64,000 bases of DNA from Nitrososphaeria archaeon (GCA_029775855.1 JARVJZ010000003.1:128001-192000), one strand, 5' to 3'. Positions 10,052 through 20,447 are shown, numbered from the stretch's first letter. The notes: generated from the letters alone by a model not told the origin. Program-made: numbers and translations.

Positions 10052-11575
10052 TTAAGATATCTTAGTGTTGTTGTTCATCTTCTTTTGCTTGAGTAAAATT
10101 TTGTTCATCCCCTTTATAAGCGCTTCAACACTAGCCACAACGATGTCATCACCCATGCCTCTGGCTGAAGATATGTTGCCCATGCTGTCCCCAACTTTTA
10201 CTATAACCTCTGCCATAGCGTCTGAGCCGCCGCTTAAAGCCTCAAGCCTATACTCCTTCAAAAAGATCTTCGCAACCTTCTCAGTCACGCTTTGAATAGC
10301 CTTAACAGCTGCGTCAACAGGCCCTACTCCAGTAGCTGAAGCGACATAAATCCTACCATCAAGGTCGAGCTTAACCGAAGCAGTAGGCACTACATTAATA
10401 CCAGTCATAACAGCAAAATCGAGCAGCTTTAGAACCTTTTCATTCTCTTCAGGAACCTTAAGGACAGAACGCGCTATAGCTTCTACATCTGAGTCTGTTA
10501 GTGTTTTACCTTTATCCCCCAGCTCCTTAACTTTGCTGACTATTAACGCAAGCTGCTCATCGTTAGGTGATAACCCCATTTCTTGGAGCTGAGCCCTTAT
10601 GCCGTGGCTACCAGCGTGCTTGCCGGCTTGAAGCCACCTTGTTCTACCAACTACTTCTGGGTCTAGGGGTTCGTATGTAAAGGGTAGAGATAGTATGCCG
10701 TGTGTATGTATACCAGACTCATGTCCAAATGCGTTATCACCTACAATCGCCTTGTTAGGTTGCACAATTACCCCAGTTAGCTTAGAGACCAGTCTGCTCG
10801 TCTCGTAGATGAGTTTCGTGTTGATTTTAGTCTTCTTCATGTAAAGGTTGTGGAGAGCCATCACAACCTCCTCTAGCGAAGCGTTGCCGGCCCTTTCACC
10901 AAGTCCGTTTACAGTTACATGCACCTCTGATGCCCCAGCTTCAACAGCAGCGATGGAGTTTGCTACAGCCAGTCCAAAGTCGTTATGGCAGTGAACAGCG
11001 ATAGGTACATCAACAACGCTCTTCACCTCCCTAACTAACATAGCCATCCTAGACGGTGTTGAGACCCCAACAGTATCAGGAATATCGAGCCTATCAGCAC
11101 CAGCATCCACTACCGCCCTATAGAACTCCTTTAGAACTTGAGGCTCTGTTCTAGTAGCATCTTCAGCAGAAAACTCAACTTTAACGCCGTGCTTCTTCGC
11201 ATACTCAACACCTTGAATAGCCTTCTCAAGAGCTTGTTGTCTGCTCATCTTAAGTTTATAGTTGAGATGAATGTCTGAGGTTGCAATAAATAGATGAATG
11301 CAATTCACATCGGAGCTTAGTGCAGCATCTATATCGCTCTTCTCCACCCTAGCGAGTCCACAGACTTCAGCGGTCAACCCCTCTTTAGCAATCATTCTCA
11401 CAGCTTCAGCCTCGCCTTTTGATGCTACTGGAAAGCCTGCTTCAATGGTATCGACACCTAACTTATCTAGCTGCCTCGCAATTTCTAGTTTATCCTCTGA
11501 TGTCAATGTTACACCTGGTGTCTGTTCGCCGTCTCTGAGTGTGGTGTCAAATATCCTTATGTACTCATCTACCAA
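10052..11575 (-). CDS. leuA: 2-isopropylmalate synthase
   Basis: [28 protein letters not shown], regulatory domain GVGPVDA. Confidence 0.92.
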   Translation of the reverse strand: MVDEYIRIFDTTLRDGEQTPGVTLTSEDKLEIARQLDKLGVDTIEAGFPVASKGEAEAVRMIAKEGLTAEVCGLARVEKSDIDAALSSDVNCIHLFIATSDIHLNYKLKMSRQQALEKAIQGVEYAKKHGVKVEFSAEDATRTEPQVLKEFYRAVVDAGADRLDIPDTVGVSTPSRMAMLVREVKSVVDVPIAVHCHNDFGLAVANSIAAVEAGASEVHVTVNGLGERAGNASLEEVVMALHNLYMKKTKINTKLIYETSRLVSKLTGVIVQPNKAIVGDNAFGHESGIHTHGILSLPFTYEPLDPEVVGRTRWLQAGKHAGSHGIRAQLQEMGLSPNDEQLALIVSKVKELGDKGKTLTDSDVEAIARSVLKVPEENEKVLKLLDFAVMTGINVVPTASVKLDLDGRIYVASATGVGPVDAAVKAIQSVTEKVAKIFLKEYRLEALSGGSDAMAEVIVKVGDSMGNISSARGMGDDIVVASVEALIKGMNKILLKQKKMNNNTKIS

Positions 11576-11589
11576 CCGCTAAACACCAT

Positions 11590-12081
11590 CTAGCCTCTTG
11601 CTATTGCTGTTATGCCCGTTCGTGAAATATCTCTGATTCCGAAGGATGTTAATATCTTTATGAAGGCATCTATCTTATCGGGGGCACCAGTAACTTCAAT
11701 CGTCATGGTTTCTTCACCTACATCAACAACTTTACCTCTAAAGATTTGGACATAATTCATTAAATCTGCACGAGCCTTCTGGTCGGATGCATTAACCTTA
11801 ATCAAAGCAAGTTCGCGCACAACCGAATTCTTAGCTTCAAGCCTCACTATCTTGATAACATCTATAAGCTTAGCCAACTGCTTCACAAGCTGCTCAACTG
11901 TCGATTCATCACCATTAACCACGATAGTCATCTTAGATAAGCCAGGCTGCTCAATCGGACCAACAGTTATACTTTCAATGTTAAAGCCTCTTCGTCTAAA
12001 CATGTTTGAAGCTTTAAAGAGTACTCCAGGCTTGTTCTCGACTATCGTTGATAATATGTAGCTTTCACTCAATTTTTTCAC
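11590..12081 (-). CDS. ilvN: Acetolactate synthase small (regulatory) subunit
   Basis: VENKPGVL..FRRRGFNIESITV ACT domain, RELALIKV. Confidence 0.95.
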   Translation of the reverse strand: MKKLSESYILSTIVENKPGVLFKASNMFRRRGFNIESITVGPIEQPGLSKMTIVVNGDESTVEQLVKQLAKLIDVIKIVRLEAKNSVVRELALIKVNASDQKARADLMNYVQIFRGKVVDVGEETMTIEVTGAPDKIDAFIKILTSFGIRDISRTGITAIARG

Positions 12082-13775
12082 CCATTCGGACCATAGAGTA
12101 TGTCCTTCAAACCTGCACCTGGTGGGACGAAGGGGTATACATCCTCTTCAGGATCTATTGGTACATCTATTACGGTTGCAACTTCGCTGAGTAGTGCATG
12201 GTTAAATGCCTTTTCGAATTCTTCAAGTGTATGCGCTCTTATACCTACTGCACCATATGATTCGGCTAATCTTACAAAGTCTGGGGTGCTTCCAAATTTC
12301 ACTGAAGAATATCTTCTGTTGTAGAAGATTCTTTGCCACTGCTCTACCATACCAAGAGACCTATTGTCCATTATCACAACTATAACAGGTATCCCCTCCT
12401 CCACACATACAGCCAGAGAGTTCTCAGTCATACAAAAGCTACCATCACCAGCCAAGTCGACCACAGGAACATCTGGTTTTGCAACTTTAGCGCCTATTGA
12501 GGCTGGGAAACCGAAGCCCATTGTGCCCAATCCTGTAGAAGTTATCCAAGTCCTAGGTCTCACTACTTTGTAATGTATCTCAGCGAACATTTGATGTTTT
12601 CCAACTTCAGTAGCAAGTATGCCTTCAGGAGGGAGCAGTTGCCTAATTTTCTTTATAATTTGAACGCTCATTAGTCTGTTTGAGCCGTCTAACTTAGCAT
12701 TCCTCCTAACCTCTTCCCTAACTTCTTCTACGCGCCTCAGCCAAGGTGAGTCGTTTCTCTGCTCGACTATCTTACTCTTAAGCCTCTCATATATCTGCTC
12801 TAGAGTTACCTTGGCATCTCCGACTATAGGAAGATGAACACGCTTATTCTTACCTATTTCAGAAGGATCAATATCTATATGTATGATCTTAGCATCTGGG
12901 CAAAAGGCGTCGAACCTGCCAGTAGAGCGGTCTGAGAAGCGAACCCCCACAGAGAGCAGACAGTCTGTCTCAAGCACAATCCTGTTAGCTTCAGCAGTTC
13001 CGTGCATACCAATCGGCCCAAGCGCAAGAGGATGATTCTCTGGAAAAGCACCCTTACCTATTAATGTTGTAACAACAGGAGCCATTAGAAGCTCAGCGAT
13101 CTTTCTGAACGGCTCGTGCGCATTCGAAAGATTTACTCCACCACCACCCCAAAGCACAGGCCTTTCAGCAGATAGAAGAAGGTCAACCGCTTTTTCCACC
13201 TGCAGGGGATGTGGTGTGACAACAGGCCTATATCCTCTTATCGTAACCTTATCTGGAAAGATCATATTTGCCTTCTCTTGCTGAACATCCTTTGGTATAT
13301 CAACGAGGACAGGGCCGGGTCTGCCGGTTGAAGCTATGTAGAATGCTTTCTTTATGTCAGAAGGTATCTCCTCTGCCCTCATTGGTTGAAATGTGTACTT
13401 TGTTATAGCTGTGGTTATCCCTATTATATCGACTTCTTGGAACGCATCTTTGCCTATCATGGCTCTTGGGACCTGACCTGTTATGGCTACTATGGGTGAA
13501 GAGTCCATGTAGGCTGTTGCTATTCCTGTCACCAAGTTGGTTGCACCTGGGCCAGAAGTTGCCATGCATACTCCGACTTTGCCGCTTGCTCTAGCGTATC
13601 CATCAGCCATATGTGCTGCTGACTGCTCGTGTCTGCATAAGATAGATCTTATGCCACTGCTGTAGAGAGCATCGTAGATAGGTAGGTTGGCTCCACCTGG
13701 TATACCAAACACAACAGAGACATTTTCTCGTTTAAGGGCTTCTATAACCGCTTCTGCACCGATCATCTCAACCAT
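12078..13775 (-). CDS. ilvB: Acetolactate synthase large subunit
   Basis: RHEQSAAHMADGYAR, TSGPGATN, GDGSF...N ThDP motif. Confidence 0.96.
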   Translation of the reverse strand: MVEMIGAEAVIEALKRENVSVVFGIPGGANLPIYDALYSSGIRSILCRHEQSAAHMADGYARASGKVGVCMATSGPGATNLVTGIATAYMDSSPIVAITGQVPRAMIGKDAFQEVDIIGITTAITKYTFQPMRAEEIPSDIKKAFYIASTGRPGPVLVDIPKDVQQEKANMIFPDKVTIRGYRPVVTPHPLQVEKAVDLLLSAERPVLWGGGGVNLSNAHEPFRKIAELLMAPVVTTLIGKGAFPENHPLALGPIGMHGTAEANRIVLETDCLLSVGVRFSDRSTGRFDAFCPDAKIIHIDIDPSEIGKNKRVHLPIVGDAKVTLEQIYERLKSKIVEQRNDSPWLRRVEEVREEVRRNAKLDGSNRLMSVQIIKKIRQLLPPEGILATEVGKHQMFAEIHYKVVRPRTWITSTGLGTMGFGFPASIGAKVAKPDVPVVDLAGDGSFCMTENSLAVCVEEGIPVIVVIMDNRSLGMVEQWQRIFYNRRYSSVKFGSTPDFVRLAESYGAVGIRAHTLEEFEKAFNHALLSEVATVIDVPIDPEEDVYPFVPPGAGLKDILYGPNG

Positions 13776-13833
13776 AATTCACACACTCCATATGCATACC
13801 AACCCACACCTTTGAATATTATAGATGTGGGCT

Positions 13834-13914
13834 CTAAGATACAATCAACAATACGAGCTGCACAGCTAATAATTTGCTACGCACTTCCTTCGAAGTTTGC
13901 AGCTCGCTTATCAA
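13834..13914 (-). CDS. Putative ilvB leader (attenuator) peptide MISELQTSKEVRSKLLAVQLVLLIVS
   Basis: TTG...TAG, 26 codons, 9 of the last 12 are Leu/Val/Ile. Starts about 27 nt after a TATA-like box and ends 58 nt before the ilvB ATG. Confidence 0.65.
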   Translation of the reverse strand: MISELQTSKEVRSKLLAVQLVLLIVS

Positions 13915-13940
13915 GCCCAGCAGTAGCTACCTTATACCTT

Positions 13941-13974
13941 GTTAATAAGTTTTCTCAAAAGCAAATATATTAAA
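13941..13974. promoter_or_regulatory. Back-to-back TATA-like boxes for the ilvB leader (-) and ilvD (+)
   Basis: Minus strand ACTTATTAAC (13941-13950) preceded by a purine-rich BRE-like run; plus strand AAATATATTAAA (about 13963-13974), about 27 nt before ilvD TTG. Confidence 0.55.
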
Positions 13975-14001
13975 GGTTGTGGAATATAGGTTAGGGTCTA
14001 T

Positions 14002-15669
14002 TTGAGAAGCAGTAAAATTAAGGATGGTGTTGATAGAGCGCCTCATAGAAGTCTTCTAAAGGCTGTGGGTGTCAAGGATGAAGACATGCAGAAGCCCTTC
14101 ATAGGAATAGCAAACTCGTATACGGACATTGTGCCTGGGCATATTCATTTAAACGAGTTAGCTAAAGTCGTTAAGCAAGCTGTAAGGGAGGCTGGCGGCG
14201 TTCCATTCGAATTTAACACCATAGCTGTGGATGACGGGATAGCTATGGGTCATCTTGGTATGAGATATTCTCTACCATCAAGAGAGTTGATAGCAGACTC
14301 TGTGGAGACGATGGTTCAAGCACACTGCTTTGACGCACTAATCTGCATAGCGAGCTGCGACAAAATAGTTCCAGGTATGCTCTTAGCCGCAGTCAGACTC
14401 AACATTCCCACAATCTTTCTTAGTGGCGGCCCTATGCCAGCAGGTAGGTTAAAAGATGGTAGGGCAATAGACTTCTCAACCGTCTACGAATCAGTAGGCG
14501 CATACTACAAAGGTCAAATCACACTAGAAGCGCTTAAGGAGATCGAGGGACTCGCGTGCCCAACTTGCGGCTCCTGCGCTGGACTATTCACAGCCAACTC
14601 AATGAACTGCGTCTGCGAAGCGTTAGGAATAGCACTACCGGGCAACGGCACCGCGCTAGCAACATCTCCAGAGCGGTTAGATCTAGCACGCAAAGTTGGG
14701 AGAAGCATCTTGAAGCTTTGGGAGTTAGATCTTAAGCCTCTTGATATAATAACTGATAAGTCGATTGATAACGCATTCGCCTTAGATCTAGCTATAGGCG
14801 GCTCGACAAATACTGTTTTGCATCTTCTTGCTTTAGCTAAAGAGGCTGGCATCGACTACTCCTTAAAAAGAGTTGATGAGCTTTCAAGTAAGGTTCCTCA
14901 TCTATGTAAGCTGAGCCCAGCATCAAACTTTCATCTTGAAGACTTTGCGGCTGCTGGAGGTGTGGGTGCGGTGCTTAAGGAGTTGAGTAAGCTCGATGAT
15001 GTAGTTGATCTGAAGCAGATTACAGTTACCACAAAGACTCTTGGAGAAAATATCCGTGACTCTATCATTCGTGATGCTCAAGTCATAAGAACTGTTGAGC
15101 AACCATACAGCAGAATTGGTGGAATAGCCGTCTTATTCGGAAATTTAGCGCCCGAAGGTTCTGTAGTTAAAGTTGGTGCGGTAGACCCAGCAATTAAACA
15201 GCATAGGGGTGAAGCGGTTGTGTTTAACTCAGAAGATGAAGCCCTTGAAGGTATCAAAGAAGGTAAAGTCGATAAAGGCGATGTGGTCGTGATTAGATAT
15301 GAGGGGCCTAAAGGTGGACCTGGTATGCCTGAAATGCTCGCACCTACATCTATGATTGTTGGCATGGGGTTAGGCAAGGATGTTGCCTTAATCACTGATG
15401 GGCGCTTCTCAGGAGCTACTAGAGGAATATGTGTGGGACATGTCTCACCAGAGGCTGCTGCTGGAGGACCAATAGCACTAATAGAAGACGGCGACACCAT
15501 AAAGATAGATTTAGAGAAGAAGTCTATCACAGTAGAGCTTTCAAATGAGGAAATGGACGAGCGTAGAGCAAATTGGAAACCTATTGAACCACGCTTTAAG
15601 TCAGGCTACTTAAGAAGATACTCTATGCTGGTAGGCTCAGCGAGTAGAGGCGCAACGCTTACCTCCTAA
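14002..15669 (+). CDS. ilvD: Dihydroxy-acid dehydratase
   Basis: [39 protein letters not shown]. Confidence 0.97.
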   Translation: MRSSKIKDGVDRAPHRSLLKAVGVKDEDMQKPFIGIANSYTDIVPGHIHLNELAKVVKQAVREAGGVPFEFNTIAVDDGIAMGHLGMRYSLPSRELIADSVETMVQAHCFDALICIASCDKIVPGMLLAAVRLNIPTIFLSGGPMPAGRLKDGRAIDFSTVYESVGAYYKGQITLEALKEIEGLACPTCGSCAGLFTANSMNCVCEALGIALPGNGTALATSPERLDLARKVGRSILKLWELDLKPLDIITDKSIDNAFALDLAIGGSTNTVLHLLALAKEAGIDYSLKRVDELSSKVPHLCKLSPASNFHLEDFAAAGGVGAVLKELSKLDDVVDLKQITVTTKTLGENIRDSIIRDAQVIRTVEQPYSRIGGIAVLFGNLAPEGSVVKVGAVDPAIKQHRGEAVVFNSEDEALEGIKEGKVDKGDVVVIRYEGPKGGPGMPEMLAPTSMIVGMGLGKDVALITDGRFSGATRGICVGHVSPEAAAGGPIALIEDGDTIKIDLEKKSITVELSNEEMDERRANWKPIEPRFKSGYLRRYSMLVGSASRGATLTS

Positions 15670-15717
15670 TTCAGAGAAAACCATAAGAAGACCAAGATTG
15701 AACAATATAGAAGAAAG

Positions 15718-16365
15718 ATGGATGCTGCAAGCTTCATTATCAAAGTGCGTAAAGAACTTAGCGAAGAGAACAAAAAGATACTAGAGCACCCTTTCATAAA
15801 AGATGCAGAAGCGGGGAAGCTTTGTGAAGACAAGATTAAGTGCTTCATTACACAACAAGACTATATCATATCCCACGACCTACGCTCTCTAGCATTAATG
15901 CTTACAAGAAGCAAACACCAAGATGAAACCGATTTCTTCCATCCTCTAATCCAAGGAGATATAGAGGCGTTAAAAAAGCTACATATTTTTGCCGAGGAGC
16001 TGGGTTTAAAGATAGAAGATTTTACCACACAACAACTAATACCTGAAGCAGTATCATACACACACTACCTTGCTTGGCTTGCCCTCTACGCTAATGCAGG
16101 TGAACAAGCCGCTGCCCTAATAGTCAACCTTCCAGTCTGGGGAGAAGCGTGCAGAAGATTTGGCTCAGCCTTAAAAGAGAAGTATGGATACAAGAAGCTT
16201 GACTTCTTTGAACTCTTCTTACAACCTTTTGACGCGGTAGAGGCTGCAGCATTCAAGGTCATAAATAGGTATATTGAAAGATTTAGTATAACGATGGAGC
16301 GGTGCGTGAAGATGATTCAACGCTACGAGCTGATGTTCTGGGATAGCATCTACAGACTTGTGTAA
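15718..16365 (+). CDS. TenA family protein (TenA_E-like, no catalytic Cys motif)
   Basis: ILEHPF, SYTHYLAWLA, VNLPVWG, YELMFWD. Confidence 0.82.
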   Translation: MDAASFIIKVRKELSEENKKILEHPFIKDAEAGKLCEDKIKCFITQQDYIISHDLRSLALMLTRSKHQDETDFFHPLIQGDIEALKKLHIFAEELGLKIEDFTTQQLIPEAVSYTHYLAWLALYANAGEQAAALIVNLPVWGEACRRFGSALKEKYGYKKLDFFELFLQPFDAVEAAAFKVINRYIERFSITMERCVKMIQRYELMFWDSIYRLV

Positions 16366-16367
16366 AA

Positions 16368-17039
16368 TTGATGCACAGAGCCTTTACCAATTACCTTTGG
16401 TCTTCAATAAAAAACATCTTCGACGCGATACTTAGACACCCCTTCATAAAAGGCCTTGTCAACGGCAACCTAGAGGAAGCACGATTCAAGTTCTATGTTA
16501 TACAAGACAGCCTATATTTAAGTGAATACGCCAGAGTCTTAAGCTTAGCTGCAGCTAAAGCGCCTTCAGACGATTGGTTTCTCGCCTTCAACGAGCACGC
16601 TAAATTAGCGCTTGTTGCTGAAAGATCTCTTCACGAAAGTTTCTTTAAAGAATGGGGTTTAAGCGAAGAGCAGATTAACGCTATACCAATGATGCCAACA
16701 AACCTAGCCTACACCTCATATCTTAGAGCCGTAGCCCTCTCAGCACCCTTCCACGATACATTAGCGGCGCTACTGCCATGCTACTGGATATACTGGGAAG
16801 TAGGTAAAGAATTGGAGAAGCAAGGCTCTAAGAACCCCATTTATCAGAGGTGGATAGAAACATATTCTTCAAAAGAGTTTGGCGGCATATGTGAAGTCGT
16901 TATAGAGATCGTTGAGCAAGCGTCAAAAAGCCTAACAGTAGAGCAGAAGGAAAACATGAAAAAGCACTTCACCACCACGAGTAGATACGAATACCTATTC
17001 TGGGATGCAAGCTACAATATGGAGCATTGGCCCCTCTAA
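16368..17039 (+). CDS. tenA: Thiaminase II / aminopyrimidine aminohydrolase
   Basis: HPFI, YVIQDSLYL, LLPCYWIY catalytic Cys, YEYLFWD. Confidence 0.92.
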   Translation: MMHRAFTNYLWSSIKNIFDAILRHPFIKGLVNGNLEEARFKFYVIQDSLYLSEYARVLSLAAAKAPSDDWFLAFNEHAKLALVAERSLHESFFKEWGLSEEQINAIPMMPTNLAYTSYLRAVALSAPFHDTLAALLPCYWIYWEVGKELEKQGSKNPIYQRWIETYSSKEFGGICEVVIEIVEQASKSLTVEQKENMKKHFTTTSRYEYLFWDASYNMEHWPL

Positions 17040-17115
17040 AACTCTATACATCAAATATAGCGTTAAACTTATATTAGAAGTGTAGAGAGAGTAAGGCTCA
17101 ACAGAGGTAAACCAA

Positions 17116-18711
17116 ATCGATTCAAAGATCGATGTGCTCGACACAACGCTAAGGGACGGCGCTCAAACCTACGGTATATCATTCACCCTCCAAGATAAAC
17201 TAAGTATAACACAAAGGCTCGACGAGCTAGGTATAAAGTATATTGAAGGAGGCTGGCCTGCATCAAACCCAAAAGACTCAGAATTCTTCAACATAGCAAA
17301 GACACTCAAACTAAAACACTCGGAGATAGTCGCCTTCACCAGCACAAAAAAGAAGAACACACAACCAGACAAAGACTTAAACCTCAAGGCAGTCATATCC
17401 TCAGGCGTAAAGAGCGTTGTAGTCTTTGGAAAAGCTTGGAACCTACATGTTAACCACGTGCTGAAGATAAGCCTAGAAGATAACCTCGACATAATAAAAG
17501 AATCGATTCTCTTTCTTAAAAGTAAGGGGTTAAATGTTATCTTCGACGCTGAACACTACTTTGACGGATACAAAGCAGACCAAACTTATGCGCTTAAAGT
17601 CCTACAAGTAGCTGAAGAAGCTGGAGCAGACACGCTCGTTTTATGCGACACTAACGGAGGAACCCTACCACACGAAGTCCATACAATAGTGCTCAGAACG
17701 AAGGAGAAGGTAAGGAGCAAGCTAGGAATACACGCGCACAACGACGCAGGGTTGGCTGTAGCTAACACAATTATAGCTGTATCTGCTGGTGTAAGGCACA
17801 TACAAGGCACAATAAACGGATTAGGGGAAAGATGTGGTAATGCTGACCTATGCCAAATACTACCCACACTACATTTTAAAATGGGCTTCACCATCCTAGA
17901 ATCACATAAACCACGAGACCAGCAGCTAAAAGGGTTAACCGCCCTATCAGAATATGTATATGAACTACTCAACCTCCAAGGAGTAGCTAATCAACCCTAT
18001 GTAGGCAAAAACGCCTTCAAGCATAAAGCCGGTGTGCATATCGACGCCATAAAAAAAGTGTATAAAGCATACGAACATATCGACCCATCACTAATAGGCA
18101 ATGAAAGAGGAATCTCTATTTCCGAGCTCTCCGGCAGAGCAAGCATCGTAAGCTTGGCTTCTGAGCTCAACCTTGACCTAAGCAAAGACCATAGCTTAGT
18201 TAACGAAGTTCTAAAAGAAATTAAGGAGCTTGAAGCAAAAGGATACCACTTCGAAAACGCTAAGGCAAGTGCACACCTCATCCTACTTAAAAAAGCTGGG
18301 CTACTAGAAACCCCATTCAAATTGGTCTCTTGGAAAGCATCGTCTAAAATGGATGGTAAAAATCGATGCTCAGCCGAAGTAACAGTTGAATTTTCTGGTG
18401 AAATCCATAAAGAAAAGGCAACGGGCGTAGGTCCAGTCCACGCACTTGATGTAGCTTTTAGGCAAGCGATCCTACGCAAATATCCACAGCTTTCAAACAC
18501 TAAGCTCATCAACTACAAAGTTACGGTAGTCGACAGCATAAAAGCTACAGCATCTGTAGTAAGAGTCTTCATAGAGTTTGAAGACAATGGTAAAAGATGG
18601 GCAACAACTTCAGTCTCGTCAAATATAATCGAGGCGAGCATAAAAGCCTTAGCTGAAGGATACACCTACAAACTGCTACTAGACAAATCGCATAAGAAAC
18701 TAAACACATAG
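17116..18711 (+). CDS. cimA: Citramalate synthase
   Basis: DTTLRDGAQ, EGGWPASNPKD, FDAEHYFDG, HKAGVH, SELSGR (Geobacter-type CimA). Start is uncertain: ATC 17116 or GTG 17134. Confidence 0.88.
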   Translation: MDSKIDVLDTTLRDGAQTYGISFTLQDKLSITQRLDELGIKYIEGGWPASNPKDSEFFNIAKTLKLKHSEIVAFTSTKKKNTQPDKDLNLKAVISSGVKSVVVFGKAWNLHVNHVLKISLEDNLDIIKESILFLKSKGLNVIFDAEHYFDGYKADQTYALKVLQVAEEAGADTLVLCDTNGGTLPHEVHTIVLRTKEKVRSKLGIHAHNDAGLAVANTIIAVSAGVRHIQGTINGLGERCGNADLCQILPTLHFKMGFTILESHKPRDQQLKGLTALSEYVYELLNLQGVANQPYVGKNAFKHKAGVHIDAIKKVYKAYEHIDPSLIGNERGISISELSGRASIVSLASELNLDLSKDHSLVNEVLKEIKELEAKGYHFENAKASAHLILLKKAGLLETPFKLVSWKASSKMDGKNRCSAEVTVEFSGEIHKEKATGVGPVHALDVAFRQAILRKYPQLSNTKLINYKVTVVDSIKATASVVRVFIEFEDNGKRWATTSVSSNIIEASIKALAEGYTYKLLLDKSHKKLNT

Positions 18712-18778
18712 ATTAACATATGACAGAAGGCTTTTAACCAATCAACTAGTAGGCTATAGGCAACAAGGAGGTAGACAA

Positions 18779-19780
18779 TTGGCGAAAATATGGTATGATA
18801 AAGACACCACTCTAGACGCTCTAAAGCAAGAGGTAATAGCTGTAATCGGATACGGAAGCCAAGGCTCAGCACAAGCCTCCAACTTAAAAGATTCAGGATT
18901 AAATGTGATAGTGGGGCTAAGAGAAGAAGGCGCAAGCTGGAACAAAGCGATTAGAGACGGGCATAAAGTATCCAAAATCAAAAAAGCTGTAGAGGAAGCA
19001 GACATAATCCACATACTAGTCCCAGACATGATCCAACAAACACTCTACGAAAAGGAAATAGCACCAACCTTAAGAAAAGGACAAGCCCTAAGCTTCTCAC
19101 ACGGCGCAGCCATACATTGGGGCTGGATCAAACCACCAAACTGGGTAGATGTAATAATGCTAGCGCCGAAATCACCAGGGCAAAGAGTCAGAGAGCTCTA
19201 CCTCGAAGGATTCGGTACACCAGCACTAGTAGCTGTGCACCAAGACTACTCTAAAAAAGCTTGGCCTAGAATCCTAGGGTTAGCGAAGGGTGTTGGCTGC
19301 ACACGAGCCGGTGTAATTGAGACCACATTTAAAGAGGAGGTTGAAACCGATTGGTTCGGTGAGCAAGTGGATCTATGTGGAGGTGTTGATAGGCTTATCC
19401 GAACTGCCTTTGAGGTTTTGGTGGAGAACGGCTATCAGCCTGAAGTAGCCTACTTTGAATGCTTGCACGAGTTAAAGCTGATTGTAGATCTTATCCAAAG
19501 ATATGGGATAAGTGGTATGTATAAGAGGGTGAGTGAGACAGCACGCTACGGCGGATTGACTAGAGGCGGCTTAGTGATAGATCAGCAGACCAAACGCAAG
19601 ATGCAAACTATACTCGACGAAATACGCTCAGGCAAATTCGCAGAAGAGTGGTATAGAGTCTACGCGAAAGAAGGACCAGCATCATTCAACAAATATCTCG
19701 ATGAGCTTCAAAAGCATCCCATAGAGCAGGTTGGGCTTAAACTAAGACGAATGATGTGGGCAGAAGGCGAAGTCAGCTGA
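18779..19780 (+). CDS. ilvC: Ketol-acid reductoisomerase
   Basis: IGYGSQG, APKSPG, ETDWFGEQ..LCGG, AYFECLHE; AGGAGGT SD upstream. Confidence 0.96.
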   Translation: MAKIWYDKDTTLDALKQEVIAVIGYGSQGSAQASNLKDSGLNVIVGLREEGASWNKAIRDGHKVSKIKKAVEEADIIHILVPDMIQQTLYEKEIAPTLRKGQALSFSHGAAIHWGWIKPPNWVDVIMLAPKSPGQRVRELYLEGFGTPALVAVHQDYSKKAWPRILGLAKGVGCTRAGVIETTFKEEVETDWFGEQVDLCGGVDRLIRTAFEVLVENGYQPEVAYFECLHELKLIVDLIQRYGISGMYKRVSETARYGGLTRGGLVIDQQTKRKMQTILDEIRSGKFAEEWYRVYAKEGPASFNKYLDELQKHPIEQVGLKLRRMMWAEGEVS

Positions 19781-19827
19781 CCCATAATCGTTAAATTTGA
19801 GCAAAAATCTGCTAGAGGTAGACTAAG

Positions 19828-20121
19828 TTGCCCAGATCACACGGATACAGAAGAAAGACAAGACGGCTCCTAAGAGTAGACGGCTCAAAGAATAGAGGCT
19901 TAACCCCTTTGTTGAGAGAATACAAAGTCTCCGAAAAGGTAGTTATAGACATAAACCCCTCACAGGTAAAAGGGATGCCCCATAGAAGGTTTCAAGGTAA
20001 GGTAGGAGTAGTGGAAGAAGTGGGGCGTAGAACCTTGACAATAAGAGTTCCAATAGGTGATAAGGTGAAGAAGGTTATTGCTCGTTTAGAGCACGTAAAA
20101 CCCCTTAAAGAGGTTGCTTAA
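19828..20121 (+). CDS. rpl21e: 50S ribosomal protein L21e
   Basis: SHGYRRKTR, KGMPHRRFQGKVG, LEHVKP. Confidence 0.96.
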   Translation: MPRSHGYRRKTRRLLRVDGSKNRGLTPLLREYKVSEKVVIDINPSQVKGMPHRRFQGKVGVVEEVGRRTLTIRVPIGDKVKKVIARLEHVKPLKEVA

Positions 20122-20123
20122 AG

Positions 20124-20447
20124 TTGTCTGAACAGAAGATAAAGAAGCAGCCCATAACTATACCTGAAGCAAAAAAGCTGTTAGAAAATCTCGACCTCGA
20201 CCAAGCGGACCAAATACAGAAAAGAACCCTAGACTACCTCACAAAGTTCTCGAAGACCACACCCGAAAAAGCCAGTAAGCTTGTTAAAACGCTTATTGAA
20301 AAAGGTTTAACGGAGGAAGAGGCGGTAGAATTGGTTAACAACATGCCTAGGAGCATCGAAGAGGTAAGGGTATTCACTTCAGGTTGGAAGAAATTCCTAC
20401 CAACAGCAACTCTCCAAGAAATACTTAGTATACTACAGCAAGAATAG
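20124..20447 (+). CDS. rpo4: RNA polymerase subunit Rpo4 (F)
   Basis: QKRTLDYLTKFSK, LVNNMPRSIEEVR; canonical position after rpl21e. Confidence 0.92.
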   Translation: MSEQKIKKQPITIPEAKKLLENLDLDQADQIQKRTLDYLTKFSKTTPEKASKLVKTLIEKGLTEEEAVELVNNMPRSIEEVRVFTSGWKKFLPTATLQEILSILQQE

